Shown here: positions 31,616-42,372 of the stretch, one piece after another
Layout of the letters: each line of letters opens with the position of its first letter
Numbering within the stretch: the stretch's first letter is position 1
From: Methanothrix sp.
GTDB taxonomy: Archaea > Halobacteriota > Methanosarcinia > Methanotrichales > Methanotrichaceae
Length of the DNA: 64,000 nt
Direction of reading: 5' to 3'
NCBI GenBank assembly: GCA_963682135.1
Contig: OY821645.1
Span: 256,001 to 320,000, forward strand
Program-made: the position numbers and the translations under genes
The notes under the pieces: generated by a model
Seen by the model: only the letters and a program-made list of their open reading frames with translations
The model's database searches: none
What the model was told of the DNA's origin: nothing

Positions 31616-33306
31616 CTCTTATTGCCTCCAATGGAATTGCTCCTACCCCTCTGTCCTTTGTAGAGGGTAATGACGCGCTCCAGGCTGTCCGCCTCCTCCA
31701 GAGATTTATCGTACCTTACGGCGACCATCCTGGGAAAACGCAGCGCATATCCGGAGGAGTAGTTGGGACTATGCTGTATCTCCTCGTAAGCCACCTCGAA
31801 GATCACCGCCGGCTTGATCTCCACCTCCATGCCCTTCTCCAGAACAATCAGCTCCCGGAACATTTCCGTGAGTTCCGTCAGTGACTCATCTGAAAATCCT
31901 GTGGCCACAAAGCCCATATCCAAAAGATTACCGGTAGCAGTGTCCTGGCATGCCAGCCGGAAGGATCCCAATAAGCTCGCTCTGCGGCCCTCGCCCCATT
32001 TTGCGCCGATTATCACCAGGTCCAGAGTCTCCATAACCGGCTTAATCTTCAGCCAGTTCTTGCCCCTCTTTCCCGGAGCGTAAACTGAGGCGGGATTCTT
32101 TAAGATAATTCCTTCATGGCCGGCAGCCAGAGCATGACGGTAGATATCTTCCACAGCTTCAACGCTGCCGGACAGAACCTGACCGGCAAGAAGATTGGGA
32201 CTGGCAATCTTCTCCAGGAGTTGTCGTCTCTCGGAAAGGGGCAGATCTGTCACGCTCCTCTCATCCAAATAGATCAAATCGAAAAGGAAAAGGCGTAACG
32301 GAATCTGAGCGGCAAGCTTTTCTACATTGTATTTTCTGCGAAACCGTTTCAAGATATCCTGAAAGGCCATGGGCCGGCCGTCTTTGCCGATGGCCACTGC
32401 TTCTCCATCCATTATGGCACTCTTGGCGGTTATCTCTCTGGCAGCCGAGACAATCTCCGGCAGAGATGCCGTCACATTCTCCAAGCGCCGCGAGAATACT
32501 GCAACATGGTCTCCGTCTTTATGGATCTGAACCCGAGCGCCGTCATACTTCCACTCGATAGCAGCAGTGCCGATCTCCCCCAGAGCCGACGCAATGCTCT
32601 CGCCGAGCTGTGCCAGCATCATCTTGATGGGGTGATTGATCATGACCGATAGATCCGCCAGAGTGCCTTGCCTGGCGTTTCTTGCCACCAGGCCCATATC
32701 GTTGGTTAGGTTATAGGCCTGTTCTACAGTATCCGCATCTACCCCGCTCTTGGAGAATGCCCGGGCGACAGCATCCCGCATGCCACCTTCACCAATGCCG
32801 ATCCTCATGTCCTCAATGGCCAGGCGGGCGATATACCTGGCCTCCAGAGGGCCGGCCAGGCTGAATAGAAATTGCAGGTTCTTGACTTTGATATCCTGGC
32901 TTTTCTTGCCGGAAGCGCGAGCTGTTGCCACAAATCGCTCATAAACTTGCGCAATGGTGAGCGGCTCTGCTTCTTGGAAGGCGGCAAAGCCAATCGGTCT
33001 TCTCTTCTCTACAACGCCGGCGGCCACCAGTCCCGGATCACCGGTGGCACGAAGCATCTGTGAGATCTGCTCGGCCGGGCAGCCACAGGCTTTCGCCAGG
33101 GCCTCGTAGAGGATGCTGGGCCCCACGCCCATTACCAGATTCTGGCTGGGGGGAAAGAGCGTGCCCATGACAAAGCTACAGGCCACAGAGAGTTCAGACT
33201 CATCCAGGCCTGATAGGAATGCTGCGACTAGGTCGATCTTCTCCAGGGAGCCGGATACGGCCTCAACCTTCTGGCAGAGCTGTGCAAAGGCAAGAAAGCT
33301 GGTCAT
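31612..33306 (-). CDS. lig: ATP-dependent DNA ligase
   Basis: EWKYDGAR adenylation motif, EGIILK, WLKIK, LRFPR. Confidence 0.97.
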   Translation of the reverse strand: MTSFLAFAQLCQKVEAVSGSLEKIDLVAAFLSGLDESELSVACSFVMGTLFPPSQNLVMGVGPSILYEALAKACGCPAEQISQMLRATGDPGLVAAGVVEKRRPIGFAAFQEAEPLTIAQVYERFVATARASGKKSQDIKVKNLQFLFSLAGPLEARYIARLAIEDMRIGIGEGGMRDAVARAFSKSGVDADTVEQAYNLTNDMGLVARNARQGTLADLSVMINHPIKMMLAQLGESIASALGEIGTAAIEWKYDGARVQIHKDGDHVAVFSRRLENVTASLPEIVSAAREITAKSAIMDGEAVAIGKDGRPMAFQDILKRFRRKYNVEKLAAQIPLRLFLFDLIYLDERSVTDLPLSERRQLLEKIASPNLLAGQVLSGSVEAVEDIYRHALAAGHEGIILKNPASVYAPGKRGKNWLKIKPVMETLDLVIIGAKWGEGRRASLLGSFRLACQDTATGNLLDMGFVATGFSDESLTELTEMFRELIVLEKGMEVEIKPAVIFEVAYEEIQHSPNYSSGYALRFPRMVAVRYDKSLEEADSLERVITLYKGQRGRSNSIGGNKR

Positions 33307-34314
33307 TTAGAATATGGCGTCGATGCGTTTCGTCCGGTAGATGCTGATGATGTCGGTCAGAATGGCGGAAGCAGTCTCGATGGATCCGGCGCCTAGGCCA
33401 GTTACAGTTATGGTTCCAGATAGATCGGTGTAGATTGCCGCGGAGTTCAGGGTTCCAGACACCGCTATGGGGCTGCCCAGCGGCACCAGAGTGGGTCGCA
33501 CAGTGAGGGCAGGCACATCACCGATGAGCTTGATGGCATAACCGCGCTTCTTGGCCAGAGCCAGGGCCTCGGGTGTGACGCCGGTAATGCCGGTCACATC
33601 CACGTCGCTGTACTTGATGTTCATGTTGAAGAGCGAATTGGCCAGGATGACTACCTTTCCGGCAGTGTCCACCCCCTCAACATCATAACTGGGATCAGCC
33701 TCGGCGATTCCCATGTCCTGGGCCTCGCTCAGAGCATGAGCGTAGGGTATGCCCTCCTCAGTCATACGGGTGAGGATATAGTTGCAGGTGCCGTTGAATA
33801 TTCCCCTGATGCCGAAGATGGTGTTGCCCACCAGGGTGCGTTCCACCAGGCTGATGAGGGGCATGGTGCCGCCCACGGTTGCTTCAAACTTCATCATCAC
33901 GCCGTTGTCCTCAGCCAGCTTTTTCAGGCGGCTGTAGGAGACTACCAGCGGTCCTTTGTTGGAGGTGACGACATGCTTGCCGCTGGAGAGGGCAGCTTCC
34001 ATGTGACCAAGGCCAGGTTGACCGTGTACGATGTTGGTAGGAGTGACCTCTATCACCAGATCGGAATCGATGGCAGATATGGCCTCTTTGCCCTTCATGC
34101 TGGTGGTGGCCACATTGGCCAGCGTCTTCTCACCCAGAATCCTATCCGCATCCACACCATCTTCCGCCATAACGGTACCGGTGTGATCGGTGACGCTGAT
34201 CAGCTTGAGATTCAAACCCATATCCTTGAGCATCTTCTTCTTTCGATTGAGAACGTCTACCACGCCGTGGCCGACGATGCCGTAGCCCACCAGGGAAACT
34301 TTGATGTCCCTCAT
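33307..34314 (-). CDS. hom: Homoserine dehydrogenase
   Basis: GYGIVG, HVVTSNKG, EATVGG, NGTCNYIL, AEADPSYDVEG, GAG..ETA. Confidence 0.95.
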   Translation of the reverse strand: MRDIKVSLVGYGIVGHGVVDVLNRKKKMLKDMGLNLKLISVTDHTGTVMAEDGVDADRILGEKTLANVATTSMKGKEAISAIDSDLVIEVTPTNIVHGQPGLGHMEAALSSGKHVVTSNKGPLVVSYSRLKKLAEDNGVMMKFEATVGGTMPLISLVERTLVGNTIFGIRGIFNGTCNYILTRMTEEGIPYAHALSEAQDMGIAEADPSYDVEGVDTAGKVVILANSLFNMNIKYSDVDVTGITGVTPEALALAKKRGYAIKLIGDVPALTVRPTLVPLGSPIAVSGTLNSAAIYTDLSGTITVTGLGAGSIETASAILTDIISIYRTKRIDAIF

Positions 34315-34316
34315 AT

Positions 34317-34823
34317 TCAGACCGCCTCCGCTTCTATCGGCTCAATAACAAGCAACTTCTTCTCTGCTCCTACTTCGCGCAGGATGGCCAATGCCTTCTG
34401 AATCTCGGCCTTTCCGGTGGCCCGGATCTTGAGATAGGCGGAAGACGGCTCATCCACACCGGTCATGGTCAAAGAAACATCCATGACCTCGGCAAAGCCG
34501 GTGGAGTCGATGCGGTTTACGGTATCACCCAGATCGCTGTGCAGCACATGGCCTACGAGCACCACTGAGACGGCCTCGATGAGGCGGTCTTCGCCGGCTC
34601 GCACAACGGAGATGCCGCACTCCTTGAGCTTGGCGTTGACGGTCTCGATCTTGGTCCGGTCCATCTCCACTACGAAGCGAACCGGGATCATGCCGCGAGG
34701 TGTCTTTCTGTCCCTGTGATGAACCACGCTGATGATATTGGCCTTATTGTCCCTAAAGGGCTGCAAAGCCAGAAGAAGCTGACCTGGTATATCCTGTAGC
34801 TCTAAATCCATGGAAAGTCGCAT
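34317..34823 (-). CDS. ACT-domain (amino acid-binding) protein upstream of hom
   Basis: LELQDIPGQLL...ANIISVVH ACT motif; start placed at MRLS. Confidence 0.85.
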   Translation of the reverse strand: MRLSMDLELQDIPGQLLLALQPFRDNKANIISVVHHRDRKTPRGMIPVRFVVEMDRTKIETVNAKLKECGISVVRAGEDRLIEAVSVVLVGHVLHSDLGDTVNRIDSTGFAEVMDVSLTMTGVDEPSSAYLKIRATGKAEIQKALAILREVGAEKKLLVIEPIEAEAV

Positions 34824-35015
34824 AGCATTCCTCATAATCTGATGAGGGTGTGGTTTATGTGATGGGAAATAAAGGTTGTGCAGAGACAATGCAAAAACCG
34901 ATGGCCAACATCTCCTCTGAGTCCTAATGATTGCATTTGACGGAAGGTTTATTGTAATTTTAAAATTTTATATACACTTTCGCACTGCATGGATTAGGGA
35001 CATATATGAGCAAAT

Positions 35016-35915
35016 ATGAATATACACTTGATGAAAAGGCTAATTGCATACGTATCGGGAAGTGTTCAAAAATCCGGTTATCGGTCCAAGGTCATAGACA
35101 TAGCGAAGCGTTTTGAAATAAAAGGCCATATAGAAAATCTTGCCGATGGCAGGGTCCTGATAATAGCCGAAGGTGAAGAAAACGACCTGGAGAGATTTGC
35201 GAAAGCCATTGTCATCCAAAACACCATCATCAATGTTACGGGTATTGAGAAGGAATACAAGACAGCTACAGGTGAATACAAGAGCTTTGCCAAATTGGTG
35301 GAAAGCGGAGAGACGGATTCACGACTTGACGCCGCCGTAGATCAATTAAAAGCGCTCATAGTCGTAACTAAAGAGGGTGTAGATGTAAGCCGAGAGATTC
35401 TAGCAGTAACATTGGAGAACCTGTCAGTTGGAAAAGAGACACTTGCGGTTAGCAAGGAGACACTTGCGGTTAGTAAGGAGACACTTGCGGTTAGTAAGGA
35501 GACACTTGCGGTTAGTAAGGAGACACTTGCGGTTAGTAAGGAGACACTTGCGGTTAGTAAGGAGACACTTGAGGTTAGTAAATCCGGCTTTTATGAGATC
35601 AATAGCAAACTCGATTGCATGCTTTCAAAACAAGACTTGATGATAAGCAGGCAAGATTTGCAGCTAGACAAAACCGATCTGATCCATGACAAGCAGGATG
35701 GAACAATGGATATGTTGGGCAAAGTGATAGAAAGACAAGATATTATGATTGAAAAGCAAGACGAGCTGGTGGAGAAAATGGATGAGTCCAAAAAGGAGAT
35801 CGTTAAGGAGACCAGGGATTTGCGTAAAGATCTGAAACCGAGCTTGGAGGACAGACTATTCCGAATCGAGAATGATATAGCTCAAATTAAAGCCAAGATT
35901 GGGCTTGAGAAGTAG
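35016..35915 (+). CDS. Acylphosphatase with a long coiled-coil tail
   Basis: VSGSVQKSGYR...GHIENLADGRV.IIAEG acylphosphatase domain followed by heptad repeats. Confidence 0.85.
   Translation: MNIHLMKRLIAYVSGSVQKSGYRSKVIDIAKRFEIKGHIENLADGRVLIIAEGEENDLERFAKAIVIQNTIINVTGIEKEYKTATGEYKSFAKLVESGETDSRLDAAVDQLKALIVVTKEGVDVSREILAVTLENLSVGKETLAVSKETLAVSKETLAVSKETLAVSKETLAVSKETLAVSKETLEVSKSGFYEINSKLDCMLSKQDLMISRQDLQLDKTDLIHDKQDGTMDMLGKVIERQDIMIEKQDELVEKMDESKKEIVKETRDLRKDLKPSLEDRLFRIENDIAQIKAKIGLEK
35436..35582 (+). repeat. 21-bp coding tandem repeat x7 (ETLAVSK)
   Basis: gagacacttgcggttagtaag repeated with only single-base variants. Confidence 0.95.
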
Positions 35916-36300
35916 GCGGAAGATGGCTCGTCCACACCGGTCATGGTTAGAGAAACGTCCTTGTGCTCGGAAAGCCGGTGGAGTCGATGCGGTTTACGGT
36001 ATCTCCCAGATCGCTATGCAGAACATGGCCTACCATCACCACTGAGACGGCCTCAATGAGGCAGTCTTCGCCGGCTCGCACAACGGAGATGCCGCACTCC
36101 TTGAGCTTGGCGTTGACGGATTCGATCTTGCTGCGGTCCATCTCAACAACGAAGCGAACCGGGATCATGCCGCGAGGTGTCTTTCTGTCCCTATGATGAA
36201 CCACGCTGATGATATTGGCCTTGTTGTCCCTGAAGGGCTGCAAAGCTAGGAGAAGTTGACCTGGTATATCCTGTAGCTCTAAATCCATGGAAAGTCGCAT
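35913..36300 (-). pseudogene. Truncated, frameshifted copy of the ACT-domain gene
   Basis: Near-identical to 34435-34823; 1-nt deletion (ctcggcaaag to ctcggaaag) and missing 3' end. Confidence 0.85.
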
Positions 36301-36964
36301 GCATTCCTCATAATATGATAGACGTGTGCTTCGCCTGATGGCAAATAAACCTTGTGTAGATGAGATAGCTATTTCTGTGGTAAGAGGATGATTAATTTTA
36401 TGCAGTAGGTCGAAGAAGTAATGACCATAATCGTCTTGCGCTCGTCTCGGATATAGACCTGCGACCTTTTGCTGAGGCTGAAGACAATATGGATCTCATT
36501 CTATCCTTTTATCTTGCTGCAAATAGCAAAGATGATGGTTTGCTGTTGCAGTTCAAGCTGAAGGCTATAAAGAGAGCCCTGCTCGCAGATCTCCGGAAGA
36601 CTTTCTGAAGACCTTGGATATAATCAAGCCCGGAGAGGGCTGCCTACCGCATAGTTGAGGCGGATAAAGCACAGGAGGAAAGCCGAGTTAATCATCTTGC
36701 TTCTCCAGCGGCTTTGCCCTGCCTTCGATGATATGCAAAAATGCCACTTTGCCCATGAAAGATGGAAGGGCAGATGCGGGCCATGAGCCTGGAGAGGCTT
36801 TGCTAGCAGGCAGAAAGGACATAACTGAAGTGACAATAGACGATGGCGATAAATTTCTGGGGATATCTGAGGAATTGATGGAACGGGCCTTTTGCTCTTG
36901 CTTCCCCAATTGCTGTGTTGATTAATTGAATCTGAACCTAATGTTGAAATCAAATGATTTAACA

Positions 36965-37818
36965 TATTTAGTCATAAGCTCAAAATTATACTATAAAACG
37001 CGAGCATCCTCCATACTTCATTGAATATTTGCTCAGTTGAGGTTGCTCTTACAGTCTCACCAAAGATTCGCTAATCGCCGAGAAAACGCTTTCTACAGCC
37101 CATCTTCTATATTGATGCACTATTCTGGAACTGCAGAACCGATTCAGCCCTTTCAGATCCTGCTTTGACAACCGCGTTCTTCTTTATTTTTATTCCAGGT
37201 AGTTTCACACCTTTTTGCTTTTGAATTTGAACACATCTTCTTTGTCATAAGCTCCGTCCATCAGAGCATCTTCCAGGTTTATATTTTCGAGAAGCGGCTT
37301 TGCCATTTCATGATCAGCAGTCTCCTCATCAGTTATCTCGAAAGTTATCGGCTTTCTCGTTTTGACGTCCACAACAACATGTACTTTGATCCAACCTCTA
37401 CGTTCGACGCCATGCTTTTCTCTCATCCAATATCCTCTATTTAGTAACCTTCATGCCGGTTGAATCAAGAGCAACTACAATATCATTTTCGGGTATCAAA
37501 ACATTAAGTTGCACTTTCGTGATCCTCTGCCATAGCGTAGTATAATCAGCAGACCTTAGTTCAGGAATAAATCCGCTTAATGCTTGCAGGTAGCCTTCCA
37601 ATTAGCGATACGGAAGACGCAGAAAGGTGTAAATTAGGCCACTGAATTGAATGAATGTCTCTGGAAATTTAAAGGGCTGTCCGTTCTTATCACATCACGG
37701 TTCATATCTTCTAATTCTTCATCCCAATGTTCCAGAAACCGGTGGAGAGATAGAACCAGCCTCTTCTAACCAATTGATCTTTGTATTCAGGCCAGTTTCG
37801 TTTGTCTTCATAAACCAT
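36965..37818 (-). pseudogene. Degraded IS5-family transposase
   Basis: KRNWPEY..QLVRRG, LRLPYR*LEG, ALDSTGMKV, RRGWIKVH, DGAYD, RWAVE.VFS pieces across several frameshifts and stops. Confidence 0.85.
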
Positions 37819-37974
37819 GTTTAATTAATATTTTTACTAAGTATAATAGTTAATCGACACCGCATCTCCAATTATACTGAGGATATATGCTTTTCTTGCA
37901 GAAGCTAATTCTATTTTTCGATTCTAATGGTCAGGATCCGGAACGAAAGCTAATAGATAAAATATAAAATAGTA

Positions 37975-39918
37975 TTAATCTAATAGATCTAATATCAATT
38001 GACCTAAGCAAACTAATGCAGGTATTGAGAGAAGAAGAGTTGTTTCGAATATAAATAAAGGTAAAATCTTATTAAGATCATATAATATCTCCATATGCAG
38101 TGGAGGAATAGTCCTTATTATCATACCACATATAGATATTATAATTACGGTTGTATATAATATTATAAAATTTTTGATTTTAAATTTTATAGAATTAAGT
38201 TTTTTAACCTTTCTTGCATTGAGATGATGATTTCCCCTATTATTACTATCTCGATTCATTGCTACCATAGCTACAATTGCTAAAATTGCTCCGAAAGTTT
38301 GTGTCATCATGCTGTAATACCAGAATATATAATTATAAATTATCGTTTCATAAATACCGGGGATGCTTTTGGTTATCTCTAGATCTGATGATAACTCAGG
38401 AATAATTAAAATAACAAGCAATGCAAGGACAAGCATGCACACGATAGTCAAATACCATATTTTCCAAGTATTGAAGTCGAATATAATCTGCTCTCGTAGG
38501 GAATTTAGTTGTATTTCTCTAGATTTAGGAAATGATGAAATTATAAAGTAACTTGCATAAGATATAATTAGTGATAAAATAAATAACTCTAAGATGCCAA
38601 CATTTAATGCCAACGTCTTATGAAATACATACATATATATGTACACGATTATTATTACTATCATCGATATTACTACCCTTGACAGATTATTGATATGAAT
38701 CTTAAACATCCCAAACAAGAGTATTAGCACGGCTAATAGAATCGATGCAGGCAATACCAGAGAATTATAGTATTCGGTTTTCGTCTTCCACTCTACTCTA
38801 AGATTCTCATTGAGACTTGATCTAGTTTTTAAGCCGCCTCGGTCTTTTACAATCAAATATAACTCGTCATAATTTCCTATATCTAATTTTTTTGAGATAT
38901 TCATTCCTTCGCCGATTTTGTCTTTGCCGTTAAACCATTCATAGGTCAAATTTTTTCCATTTTCCAAATCATAAGCTTCACATGAGAAAGAAATAGTCTC
39001 ATCGCTTGATAGCTTTTTAAATCCATTTTCGATGGGCCAATTTTCTGTGAAAGACATGCATGTAGACAAAATATCTGGATTATTATTACGTGCATAAATC
39101 CTCAAATTAGGAAAGATCGGTGCTCCATCGGAACGATTAAATCTTATTTGATAGCTCTCTGATTTGAATGAATAGTCACTTGGAAGATCTTTTGCGATTA
39201 GAGCGATATATCCGAATTTAACCGATTCGTTTGGCCTCAAATCGAAATTTTCGTAATTGAAACCTAGGATATTGTCATTGAACTCGCAATTTATACAGGA
39301 TATATTTGAGAAACAAGAGGATATATTCTGCTTAAATCTAATGTCCGTTAATGTGATATTATCTAGGACATTTGGATTTGATAACTCATAAAATACTTCA
39401 ATGGTTCTTTTTTGATTTGACCCACTAATATTCGAATATATATCCAAATTTAATAATATATTATATAAATTAGCATCAGATTCGTCTGAACTTTCGGATT
39501 CATGAAGCCGTTCGCCCTCTATTCCTTTTTTTTCAACCATCGCTTTAGCATCGGGGTCCTTAGATTTGGTTGATGAGCTATCTGACATCGCTTTAGCATC
39601 GGAGTCCTTTGATTTGGTTGATGAGCTACCTGACATCGCTTTAGCATCGGAGTCCTTTGATTTAGTTGATGGGCTACCTGACATCGCTTTAGCATCGGAG
39701 TCCTTTGATTTGGTTGATGAGCTACCTGACATCGCTTTAGCATCGGAGTCCTTTGATTTGGTTGATGAGCCATCTGACATCGCTTTAGCATCAGAATCTC
39801 TTGATTGAGGATTGGAGTCGTGAACATCTGCTTGAGAAATACAATTGGAACAAAAATATAAAATCAAAATGAATGTTATAAAAATTTTGCTTTGAGTGTT
39901 CGATTTTTTAGCAAGCAT
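37975..39918 (-). CDS. AT-rich membrane protein: signal peptide, Ser/Lys repeats, Ig/PKD-like domain, multi-TM C-terminus
   Basis: FSCEAYDLE...LTYEWF Ig-like pattern; about 7 hydrophobic segments at the C-terminus. Confidence 0.65.
   Translation of the reverse strand: MLAKKSNTQSKIFITFILILYFCSNCISQADVHDSNPQSRDSDAKAMSDGSSTKSKDSDAKAMSGSSSTKSKDSDAKAMSGSPSTKSKDSDAKAMSGSSSTKSKDSDAKAMSDSSSTKSKDPDAKAMVEKKGIEGERLHESESSDESDANLYNILLNLDIYSNISGSNQKRTIEVFYELSNPNVLDNITLTDIRFKQNISSCFSNISCINCEFNDNILGFNYENFDLRPNESVKFGYIALIAKDLPSDYSFKSESYQIRFNRSDGAPIFPNLRIYARNNNPDILSTCMSFTENWPIENGFKKLSSDETISFSCEAYDLENGKNLTYEWFNGKDKIGEGMNISKKLDIGNYDELYLIVKDRGGLKTRSSLNENLRVEWKTKTEYYNSLVLPASILLAVLILLFGMFKIHINNLSRVVISMIVIIIVYIYMYVFHKTLALNVGILELFILSLIISYASYFIISSFPKSREIQLNSLREQIIFDFNTWKIWYLTIVCMLVLALLVILIIPELSSDLEITKSIPGIYETIIYNYIFWYYSMMTQTFGAILAIVAMVAMNRDSNNRGNHHLNARKVKKLNSIKFKIKNFIILYTTVIIISICGMIIRTIPPLHMEILYDLNKILPLFIFETTLLLSIPALVCLGQLILDLLD
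39538..39798 (-). repeat. 48-bp coding tandem repeat x5.5 (DSDAKAMSGSSSTKSK)
   Basis: catcgctttagcatc recurs every 48 bp. Confidence 0.95.
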
Positions 39919-41299
39919 TGACTAGCTCCAAATAATCAGAGCAATAATTACCAACTTCCCTTATGTTTAAGCAATTACTTAATTTTGTAATGAAGTTGCC
40001 ACTAAGATTATATCGGTTTCGGTTGATATCTATTCTACTAGAATCTTTCAATCCAATTGCATTAGCACCTAAAAATATATTATTTGTAATGTTCACTATA
40101 CTGCTATTTTTTATGAAAATTCCAGTATTGCCGGATCCTGAATTGATTGGACTGAAGCAATTTTCAGATATATTGGTCTTTTTTGTATTGCATAATTTTA
40201 TTCCAAATCCTAAAACCTCAAACTTATTTCCGATAATTGTGTTATTTATGCCAGTAATATTTAAAGCTACATCGAAGTCTAAAAAACTAATATTTTTAAT
40301 TATACTGTGGTTAGCATTGATGTGAAATCCATCTGGCTCGTTTCCGCTTGTACTCAATGGACGCAGGAATGTTCTATTTTTTCCTTCGCCATTTATTACT
40401 ACATAATTTGTTACATTCACAGGGTTATTAACATAATATACCCCGTCTTTTATCTCAATTTTGCTGATATTATTTTTGTAAGAGTCATTAAGACCATCCT
40501 CTAATTTTGCCCATTTATGCAAATCAGGATAATTAATTGTTAGAGATGAATCGACAACTATCACCGACGACATATTAGCCCCTTGCAGCTCATCGCCTTC
40601 GGATCTCTTATCTGCTTCTGGATTTTCCTCAATATTCGGCTGTTTTTCTGCATCTGACCTTTCCTCTACTGAATGCTCTTCGTCTGCCCTCGGTGTTTCC
40701 CTTATCCAAGGCTGTATTTCTACATCGGACTCATTTTCGTTGGTTTGATTTCTAATCTTACAAATCTTAAGATCATCAATCCAAGCTGATGATACCTTAT
40801 TCCCTTTCTGAGATGTATCTCGCAATCTATAGTCGAACGTAATTATATAATCACCATCATCAACCTCAAGACTCTCATTTCCCCAATTATAATTCCATTG
40901 CTTTGAATCATAAACCATAAATATTGTATTTTTATTATCATAAACGACCAATTCCAATGATGGGTCGAAATCTCTTTTCCACCAGAAATCGATTTTAGCT
41001 GGTCCAACAACATGCCTTGACGCAAAACTTGATGTCCCATTTGGTGGAACTAACATTAATGATTGAGTTCCTTCATGGCTTTGTTTTTTATCCAAAGAGC
41101 AAGCACCTTGATACGAGAAATTCCATCCTTGACCAAAGCTTTTTTCGAAATTGAATTCTTCGCACGCTATTGCCATGGGTGCGAATAACGTTAATCCAAA
41201 CACTATTATATAAATATATTTTAAAAAGTTCATACCAATAAACGTCCCCATAAAATACCCTTCCCCCATACGTTTCAAATGTTGTTCTCCGAGTATCAA
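39908..41299 (-). CDS. Secreted protein with a C-terminal parallel beta-helix (NosD/PbH1-like) domain
   Basis: Signal-like N-terminus; IKDGVYY, I.GEGKN.T, Asn/Ile-rich repeats (NNTIIGNKF, NITNNIF). Exact start uncertain. Confidence 0.7.
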   Translation of the reverse strand: MILGEQHLKRMGEGYFMGTFIGMNFLKYIYIIVFGLTLFAPMAIACEEFNFEKSFGQGWNFSYQGACSLDKKQSHEGTQSLMLVPPNGTSSFASRHVVGPAKIDFWWKRDFDPSLELVVYDNKNTIFMVYDSKQWNYNWGNESLEVDDGDYIITFDYRLRDTSQKGNKVSSAWIDDLKICKIRNQTNENESDVEIQPWIRETPRADEEHSVEERSDAEKQPNIEENPEADKRSEGDELQGANMSSVIVVDSSLTINYPDLHKWAKLEDGLNDSYKNNISKIEIKDGVYYVNNPVNVTNYVVINGEGKNRTFLRPLSTSGNEPDGFHINANHSIIKNISFLDFDVALNITGINNTIIGNKFEVLGFGIKLCNTKKTNISENCFSPINSGSGNTGIFIKNSSIVNITNNIFLGANAIGLKDSSRIDINRNRYNLSGNFITKLSNCLNIREVGNYCSDYLELVNAC

Positions 41300-41556
41300 A
41301 GCTATCTCAAAGATCTCAAATAAATAGCTTCCTGTAGTCCTGGATCAGTGGAGGAGTGATTACGAGAATGTCCATGTGCTGCCGCGGAAGACGCAAATAG
41401 GCAGATGATTAAAACCTAAGTTGAATACGTGGGACCTTTCTACCCGCAGCAAAGCGGTAAGATATTATTGGTAAATCCATTCGCAGTATTTAATATTAAA
41501 TTATGATCTGGTGTGCGGCCATTTGACTTTCTTTATTTCTAAGACATCTCCGGCAT

Positions 41557-42372
41557 TTAAAAAAAAACGTGTACAGAAAGATAGCATGGGCCGACTTGAG
41601 ATGCGATTGCATATAACCACGCCGCCCCCCTCATCTCCTCGTCTCCCGGCACCCTCGCGAGCCCCAACCTCCTCGCCAGCAGCGCAGCCTTTTCCCGCCC
41701 GAAGTAGATCTCCATGCCTTTGAGGCGCAGCAGAAGAAGAAACAGCTCCTCCTCAGGCCGAGCAGACTTAAAGAGCCCTTCCAGTTCTTTCTTAGCCTGA
41801 TCATCTTCGTCGAGCCTCGATCTAAAATCCGCTATCCTGGCTCTCAGTTTTTTATCCGCAGAGCATATCGGAAAATCATTAATCTTTCTCTGCTCTTCGC
41901 ATTTGATCAGATTCATTTTAGTCAGGTAAAGTGCAGCCACGCATACCCGCGGCTTTACAGAATGGATGCGACATCCCGGCAAGCTGAAGTCAAAAAAAGG
42001 ACAGGGCTCGCCCTCCTTTTTGCCGAGCATCCTGGCCGATCCCACTATTTCGCTCTTCAGATCATGAGGCCTTGTGTAGTCTCTCATAAAACTCTTCAGG
42101 CTCAGGCCCAGATGCCGGGCAAGCCTGCGGCAGTCATCGATGGAGACAGCAATTCCCTTTTCTTCCAGACAGCACCGGCCGCATCTCTCGCAAACGGACA
42201 GCAAGTGCAATGCTGTGTTTGACAGAAAATAGGGCTCGAATTCCGGGGAGATCATCTCATCCATCTCCTCCTTGACCAACTCCAGGTTTTTCAGCCCTCC
42301 TTGCGGTACGAGTTTTTGCAAAGCCTGCATGGCCCTTACGCCGCGATCAATTTCTTCCATTCCTAAATCCAA
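41557..42372 (-). CDS. YkgJ-family cysteine cluster protein
   Basis: CERCGRCC, CPFFD...CRIHSVKPRVC. Confidence 0.85.
   Translation of the reverse strand: MDLGMEEIDRGVRAMQALQKLVPQGGLKNLELVKEEMDEMISPEFEPYFLSNTALHLLSVCERCGRCCLEEKGIAVSIDDCRRLARHLGLSLKSFMRDYTRPHDLKSEIVGSARMLGKKEGEPCPFFDFSLPGCRIHSVKPRVCVAALYLTKMNLIKCEEQRKINDFPICSADKKLRARIADFRSRLDEDDQAKKELEGLFKSARPEEELFLLLLRLKGMEIYFGREKAALLARRLGLARVPGDEEMRGAAWLYAIASQVGPCYLSVHVFF

Larger units (their letters stand above)
34435..36356. repeat. About 445-bp diverged direct duplication (34435-34880 and 35913-36356)
   Basis: Both copies begin taggcggaaga and end aaataaa..ttgtg; they cover most of the ACT gene plus its upstream region. Confidence 0.9.

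Noticed and set aside
35436-35582. CRISPR array
   Set aside because: Head-to-tail 21-bp units with no spacers, in frame inside a CDS; no cas genes.
36360-36960. Possible decayed gene between the duplication and IS5
   Set aside because: Only short broken frames; no family recognised.
39538-39798. CRISPR array
   Set aside because: 48-bp in-frame tandem coding repeat without unique spacers.
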